A stretch of 32,000 bases of DNA from Mucisphaera calidilacus (lineage in GTDB: Bacteria > Planctomycetota > Phycisphaerae > Phycisphaerales > Phycisphaeraceae): assembly GCF_007748075.1 (NCBI RefSeq), contig NZ_CP036280.1, positions 2,820,001-2,852,000 of the forward strand. The letters run 5' to 3'. Below are positions 28,010 to 32,000 of the stretch, in pieces; the stretch's first letter is position 1, and each line of letters opens with the position of its first letter. The position numbers and the translations under genes were made by a program. Below the pieces are notes generated by a model. It worked only from the letters and a program-made list of their open reading frames with translations. It did no database searches and had not been told where the DNA came from.

Positions 28010-28099
28010 CTCTCCGTTCATGCGTCAGATAGCGGGTCAGGGCCGATCCTTCCCGGATCTGACTTGCTCTCCCCGCCTGATCGTGCATGCTTGAGGTTC

Positions 28100-29758
28100 A
28101 TGAACAGCACGCACGACAAACCCTGCCTCCGCGAAGCGATCGCGGCCTGTCTGGCCCTGGCATCCTGTGCAGCAGCGCAGACACTACCCCCTGCCATCGG
28201 CACCACCCTCACACTCCCCACAGCCGCTGAACAGACCCTGTTTATCCCGGCTTCACTGAGCGTCAACGACGACGACATCGACGTGCTCGTTCACTTCCAC
28301 GGTGCCCCCGCCACGGTCAACAGCAACGCCGCCTACGCGGGCGTCGACGCCGTCGTCATTAACGTGACCTACAGCGGCTTCTCGTCGGCTTACTCCGGCC
28401 CCTTCGGCAGCGACACGACACTCTTCGGCGACCTCCTCGACGGGGCACTCGACCGACTCAACGACCAGCCCGGCTTCGCCGCCGTGACCGACTGGGACCG
28501 CGTGGGCGTCTCCTCCTTCAGCGCCGGGTACGGGGCGGTCCGCGAGATCCTCAAGCAGCCGAACTACTTCAGCCGCATCGACGGGCTCCTGCTCGCCGAC
28601 TCCCTCTACGCCTCGTTCACCAGCTCCACCGACCCGACACCGCGCGCGTCGCAGATGGCACCCTTCAAGGCCTACGCGCAGGCGGCCGCCACGGGCAGCA
28701 AAACGATGATCGTGTCCCACTCCCAGGTGCAGACCTACACCTACGCCAACACCGCCGAGACCGCCGACGCCCTGATGGACCACGTCGGCGCGACACCCGT
28801 CAGCACGCAGCAGCAGGGGCTCGGGACACTCGACTTCTACCGCAAGGCACAGCAAGGTCAGTTCGAGGTCTGGGGAGCAACGGGATCGGATGGCGACGCG
28901 CACCTCGAGCACCTCCGCTACATGGCCGAGTGGCTCGACGACCTGCCCTTTGACGACACGGGTGGTGAACCGGGCGACATCACACTCACGCTCGCCGACT
29001 TCGAAATCGACGAGGGCACGTTCAGCTACACGCCGCTCTACTCCGGCAGCAACGTCGGGATCGAGAACGCCACCGCCGACCGCACGACCGGCAACGCACA
29101 CACGGGCGTCGGATCACAGCGGATCGAGATCGAGAAGGCCCCGCGTGCCTCATCCTGGATGCTCCGTCACACCTCCGGCGGCGCGTTCCCCGAGAACAAC
29201 ACGCCCTTCCCCGCTGAGGGCTGGATCAGTTTCTGGCTCAGAACCTCCACACCCGGCGTCGAAGTCCAGATCGGTCTCGATGACCCCGACAGTGCAGACT
29301 TGTCGACGAGACGATCCGTCGTCGCCGACGGGCAGTGGCATCTCTACCAATGGCAGCTCGACGATCCCGAACAGTGGGACGCGTGGGCCACGGGCGACGG
29401 CGCGATCACCGGCCCGATCACGACCATCGACGGAATCTTCCTGCACGGCATCAGCGACGCCACCATCGAACTCGATAACGTCATCTACAGCTCGCAGTAC
29501 ACCCCGCACGGCCTGCTTGGCGACGCCGACCTCAACCGCACCGTCGACCTGCTCGACCTCTCCATCCTCGCCAGCCACTTCGGGCAATCAGGGGACTGGG
29601 CTCAGGGCAGTTTCAACGGCGACGGGGTCGTCGATCTGCTCGACCTCTCCATCCTCGCCGCCCACTTCGGCGACTCATCGCGCCCCGCACCCGAACCGCT
29701 GACCGCCTTGCTGCTAGGCGTCGGCCTGCTGCATCACGGACGCTTACGCACGAGGTAA
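28100..29758 (+). CDS. Secreted PEP-CTERM-anchored protein: alpha/beta-hydrolase-like N-domain, beta-sandwich middle domain, two dockerin-like repeats
   Basis: ORF 28007..29758 trimmed to the ATG at 28100 (MNSTHDKPCLREAIAACLALASCAAAQ is a signal peptide); 552 aa. The upstream ATG lies inside repeat copy B. Features: VLVHFHG...VGVSSFSAGYGA (nucleophile-elbow-like S-x-S-x-G); two repeats DADLNRTVDLLDLSILASHFG and NGDGVVDLLDLSILAAHFG; and a C-terminal PAPEPLTALLLGVGLLHHGRLRTR (P-E-P, a TM helix, then a basic tail). Confidence 0.8.
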   Translation: MNSTHDKPCLREAIAACLALASCAAAQTLPPAIGTTLTLPTAAEQTLFIPASLSVNDDDIDVLVHFHGAPATVNSNAAYAGVDAVVINVTYSGFSSAYSGPFGSDTTLFGDLLDGALDRLNDQPGFAAVTDWDRVGVSSFSAGYGAVREILKQPNYFSRIDGLLLADSLYASFTSSTDPTPRASQMAPFKAYAQAAATGSKTMIVSHSQVQTYTYANTAETADALMDHVGATPVSTQQQGLGTLDFYRKAQQGQFEVWGATGSDGDAHLEHLRYMAEWLDDLPFDDTGGEPGDITLTLADFEIDEGTFSYTPLYSGSNVGIENATADRTTGNAHTGVGSQRIEIEKAPRASSWMLRHTSGGAFPENNTPFPAEGWISFWLRTSTPGVEVQIGLDDPDSADLSTRRSVVADGQWHLYQWQLDDPEQWDAWATGDGAITGPITTIDGIFLHGISDATIELDNVIYSSQYTPHGLLGDADLNRTVDLLDLSILASHFGQSGDWAQGSFNGDGVVDLLDLSILAAHFGDSSRPAPEPLTALLLGVGLLHHGRLRTR

Positions 29759-30399
29759 AGCCCGTCGCAGATCGGCAGAAAGCTCACGTCCACGCGATCG
29801 TCGGTGTGCAGCTTGCGATTGAGGGCGTCGAGCGCGACAGCGCGTGCATCGCCCGGCTGAGGGTTCGCGACAGACCCGTCCGAGAGCATGTTGTCCAGCG
29901 CGATCACCCCGCCATCCCGCATCAACGGCAGGACCAACTCGTAATAGGTGTCGTACGCGGTCTTGTCGGCGTCGATGTAGCAGAAGTCGAACGTGCCAAG
30001 GCCCTCGGTCTCTGCGAGCGACGCGAGGGTTTCCGCCGCCGGCGCGACACGCAAGTCGATGCGGCCCGCCAAGCCAGCCTTCTCCCAGTAGGGCCTGCCG
30101 ATCGCCGGAAACTCCTCGCTGACGTCACAGGCAACGACCTTGCCATCAGGCCCGACCGCGTCGGCCATCCAGCAGGTGCCGACACCCGTGAAGACACCAA
30201 CTTCCAGAACGCGCTTCGCCGCGATCGAGCGGATCAGAAACGCGAGGAACTGGCACTGCGTCGGATCGGTCGCCATCTCCGCGTGTTCGTGCTCGCCGGT
30301 CCGCTCCATGAGCTCACGGATCGCCGGCGCGACACGCAGCGACGTCGCCACCACGTAGTCATACAACGCGCCAATATTCTCGATCGTCTTGTTCTTCAT
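29734..30399 (-). CDS. Class I SAM-dependent O-methyltransferase (caffeoyl-CoA OMT-like, family 3)
   Basis: 221 aa. SAM-binding motif VLEVGVFTGVGT, metal-binding and family motifs FDFCYIDADKTAYDTYYE and GGVIALDN. Its 3' end overlaps the convergent PEP-CTERM gene by 25 nt. Confidence 0.85.
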   Translation of the reverse strand: MKNKTIENIGALYDYVVATSLRVAPAIRELMERTGEHEHAEMATDPTQCQFLAFLIRSIAAKRVLEVGVFTGVGTCWMADAVGPDGKVVACDVSEEFPAIGRPYWEKAGLAGRIDLRVAPAAETLASLAETEGLGTFDFCYIDADKTAYDTYYELVLPLMRDGGVIALDNMLSDGSVANPQPGDARAVALDALNRKLHTDDRVDVSFLPICDGLYLVRKRP

Positions 30400-30476
30400 C
30401 TCGGTACTCCACAGGTATGTCGTTCATGCCGCCCTCATGGTTGATGATCCCGGACAGGCTGTCCAATCCGGCTGGC

Positions 30477-32000
30477 TCAGGAACCGGACGAGCGTGCAAC
30501 ACGTGCCTTGTCGGCAAGCCGACGATGCTCGTTGGCTCGATCCGTGTCGCCGAGAGTTTCATAAACCGCAACCGCGTGCTCGTGGGCCTCGACGAAGCCG
30601 TGCGACCTGATGAGACACGCCTCGACCGCCTCGGCAGCACGCTCGGTATCGCCCACCGCGAGCAAAGCCTTGCTCAGACGCAGGTGGGCACGTGCCAGCC
30701 CGAAGGCCAGGCCGACGGCTTCCAGCGCCGCATCAAGAGCCTGCTTGTTCTCGCCCAGCCGCAGGTGGGCCTCGGCCAGGCCGTCCCACGAAGTGGCGTC
30801 CTCGGGGGCTCGCTCGATCGCCTGTCTGTACAACGCCGCCGCCTTCTCGGGCCGTCCCAACCGGAGCTGAAGACCGGCCAACCGGGAGAGCAGTGCCGGG
30901 TTGTCGGGCGCGTGCGTACGCGCCGTCTCGTAGTGCTCCAGCGCCCGCCTGTCCTCGCCTTGACGCAACGACATCGCGCCCAGCAGCAGGTAACGCTGCC
31001 CCTGGCTGTTGGGCTCGTCAGCGAGCGCATCGAGTTCGGCCTTGCACCCTTCGAGATCACCACACAGCAACCGCGCCTGCGCGATCGCCGCCCGGATCCC
31101 TGCGTCGTTGCGGAACCCCGTCGGCAGAGACTCCAGCACCTCGAGAGCTTCGGCGGTGTCGCCCATGCTGAGCATCGAACGGGCCAGTGTCAGATCGTTG
31201 TGCGCACGCGTGTCGGCAACAGTCTGCGCCACGTCCTCGCCCGGCGGATCGACGTAGCCCAGATCGATCAATTGCTGCAGCGCGGCCCGTGCCGACTCCG
31301 GGTCCTCCTGCACGTCAGCGGGGTGCCGACCGTCATCCTCCGAAGGACTCTCCCAGCTCAGGATCCGCCCCGGCTCGGTCGGATCCTCCATCGCCTCCAC
31401 CCACGCCCGCCCGGGCATGTCCGCACCCACGGGCAGATCGAACAGACGCAGGATCGTTGGCGTCACGTCCAGCAGCGTCGGCCCGAACAGCCGCGTGCCC
31501 CGCTTGATCGACGGACCCGCTACACAAACCATCCCGAGCGGCCGGTGCCAGTCAACAGGCCCGGCATGGTCAGGGTTGGGCCGTGATGCATCGTCCAGAT
31601 AGCCATGGTCCGACATCAGAATGACCGTGGTGCCCTCGCCCGCGAGCTTGAGCAGCGTCTCAAGCATCATGTCGTGGAAGCGATAGACACCCGTCATGAC
31701 GTGCTGGTAGTTCTCGAAATCCTCGTCCGAAACATGATCCATCCGTGGCGGATGAAACTCCATGAACTCGTGGGCGAACCGGTCGATGCCCTCGTAATAG
31801 ACGGCCATGAAGTCCCAGTCGTCCTGCATCATGAGGTGGGTCGCGACCGTGTGGATCGAAACCGTCTGCGCCAGCAGCGACTGCGCCTTGCCCAGCCGGT
31901 GCCCCTCGCGTTGCTGGTCCCGTGCCGCGTTCGGGATCAACGGCAGGACCGCGTTGGCGTCCATCTCGCCGGGGTGCACACGGAGCGGGGCCAACACGTC
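30477..32000 (-). CDS. Type I phosphodiesterase/nucleotide-pyrophosphatase-like (alkaline-phosphatase superfamily) domain fused to C-terminal TPR repeats; the N-terminus probably lies beyond the right edge
   Basis: The frame is open to the window edge. VILMSDHGY and the FMAVYYEGIDRFAHEF region are typical of the PF01663-like family. The C-terminal 250 aa hold about 6-7 TPR units (e.g. LLCGDLEGCKAELDAL, YLLLGAMSLRQGEDRRALEHYE, WDGLAEAHLRLGENKQALDA). Confidence 0.75.
   Translation of the reverse strand, partial: DVLAPLRVHPGEMDANAVLPLIPNAARDQQREGHRLGKAQSLLAQTVSIHTVATHLMMQDDWDFMAVYYEGIDRFAHEFMEFHPPRMDHVSDEDFENYQHVMTGVYRFHDMMLETLLKLAGEGTTVILMSDHGYLDDASRPNPDHAGPVDWHRPLGMVCVAGPSIKRGTRLFGPTLLDVTPTILRLFDLPVGADMPGRAWVEAMEDPTEPGRILSWESPSEDDGRHPADVQEDPESARAALQQLIDLGYVDPPGEDVAQTVADTRAHNDLTLARSMLSMGDTAEALEVLESLPTGFRNDAGIRAAIAQARLLCGDLEGCKAELDALADEPNSQGQRYLLLGAMSLRQGEDRRALEHYETARTHAPDNPALLSRLAGLQLRLGRPEKAAALYRQAIERAPEDATSWDGLAEAHLRLGENKQALDAALEAVGLAFGLARAHLRLSKALLAVGDTERAAEAVEACLIRSHGFVEAHEHAVAVYETLGDTDRANEHRRLADKARVARSSGS

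Noticed and set aside
27808-28032. 74-aa ORF with an internally repeated peptide (MRTHRGRRSLTQR... twice)
   Set aside because: The peptide repeat only mirrors the 162-nt DNA duplication downstream of tRNA-Ser. The composition is Arg-rich and no SD is present, so it is not considered coding.
28100-32000. Genomic island or prophage to the right of tRNA-Ser
   Set aside because: No integrase, transposase, phage gene or obvious compositional shift is visible in the 4 kb available. Only the tRNA-associated repeat itself is reported.

Overview
High-GC, gene-dense chromosomal segment. It is probably from a Planctomycetota or Phycisphaerae-like bacterium. This is inferred from the PEP-CTERM plus dockerin-like protein, a 23S-5S rRNA unit with no 16S gene, and large membrane-anchored proteins; none of this was checked against a database. 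Most of the window is housekeeping. On the minus strand: glnA, a phosphomannomutase-family gene, metG, aroB-exbD-tonB-like. On the plus strand: waaA-proB (translationally coupled), two helical-repeat/TPR genes, guaA. Less ordinary parts are listed here. (1) A 982-aa membrane-anchored protein whose repeats look OstA/LptA-like, near waaA. (2) A lipoprotein with two DTG aspartyl-protease motifs, beside an orphan membrane-anchored solute-binding protein. (3) A 23S-5S unit on the minus strand with its own candidate promoter, a boxA-like leader and a strong terminator, followed 17 nt later by a DUF429-like gene. (4) A regulatory cluster of a LuxR-type solo regulator, a NarL-type response regulator and a divergent MASE1-like histidine kinase. 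(5) tRNA-Ser(UGA) followed by a diverged tandem duplication that begins in the tRNA T-loop. (6) A PEP-CTERM/dockerin-like secreted protein, an O-methyltransferase and a phosphodiesterase-TPR fusion. No CRISPR array, transposase, integrase or recognisable defence cassette was seen. I cannot name a clear-cut novel multi-gene system. The best second-look candidates are the tRNA-Ser duplication, the giant OstA-like protein and the rRNA-linked DUF429 gene. Many long ORFs in the track are antisense shadow ORFs typical of high-GC DNA and were rejected.
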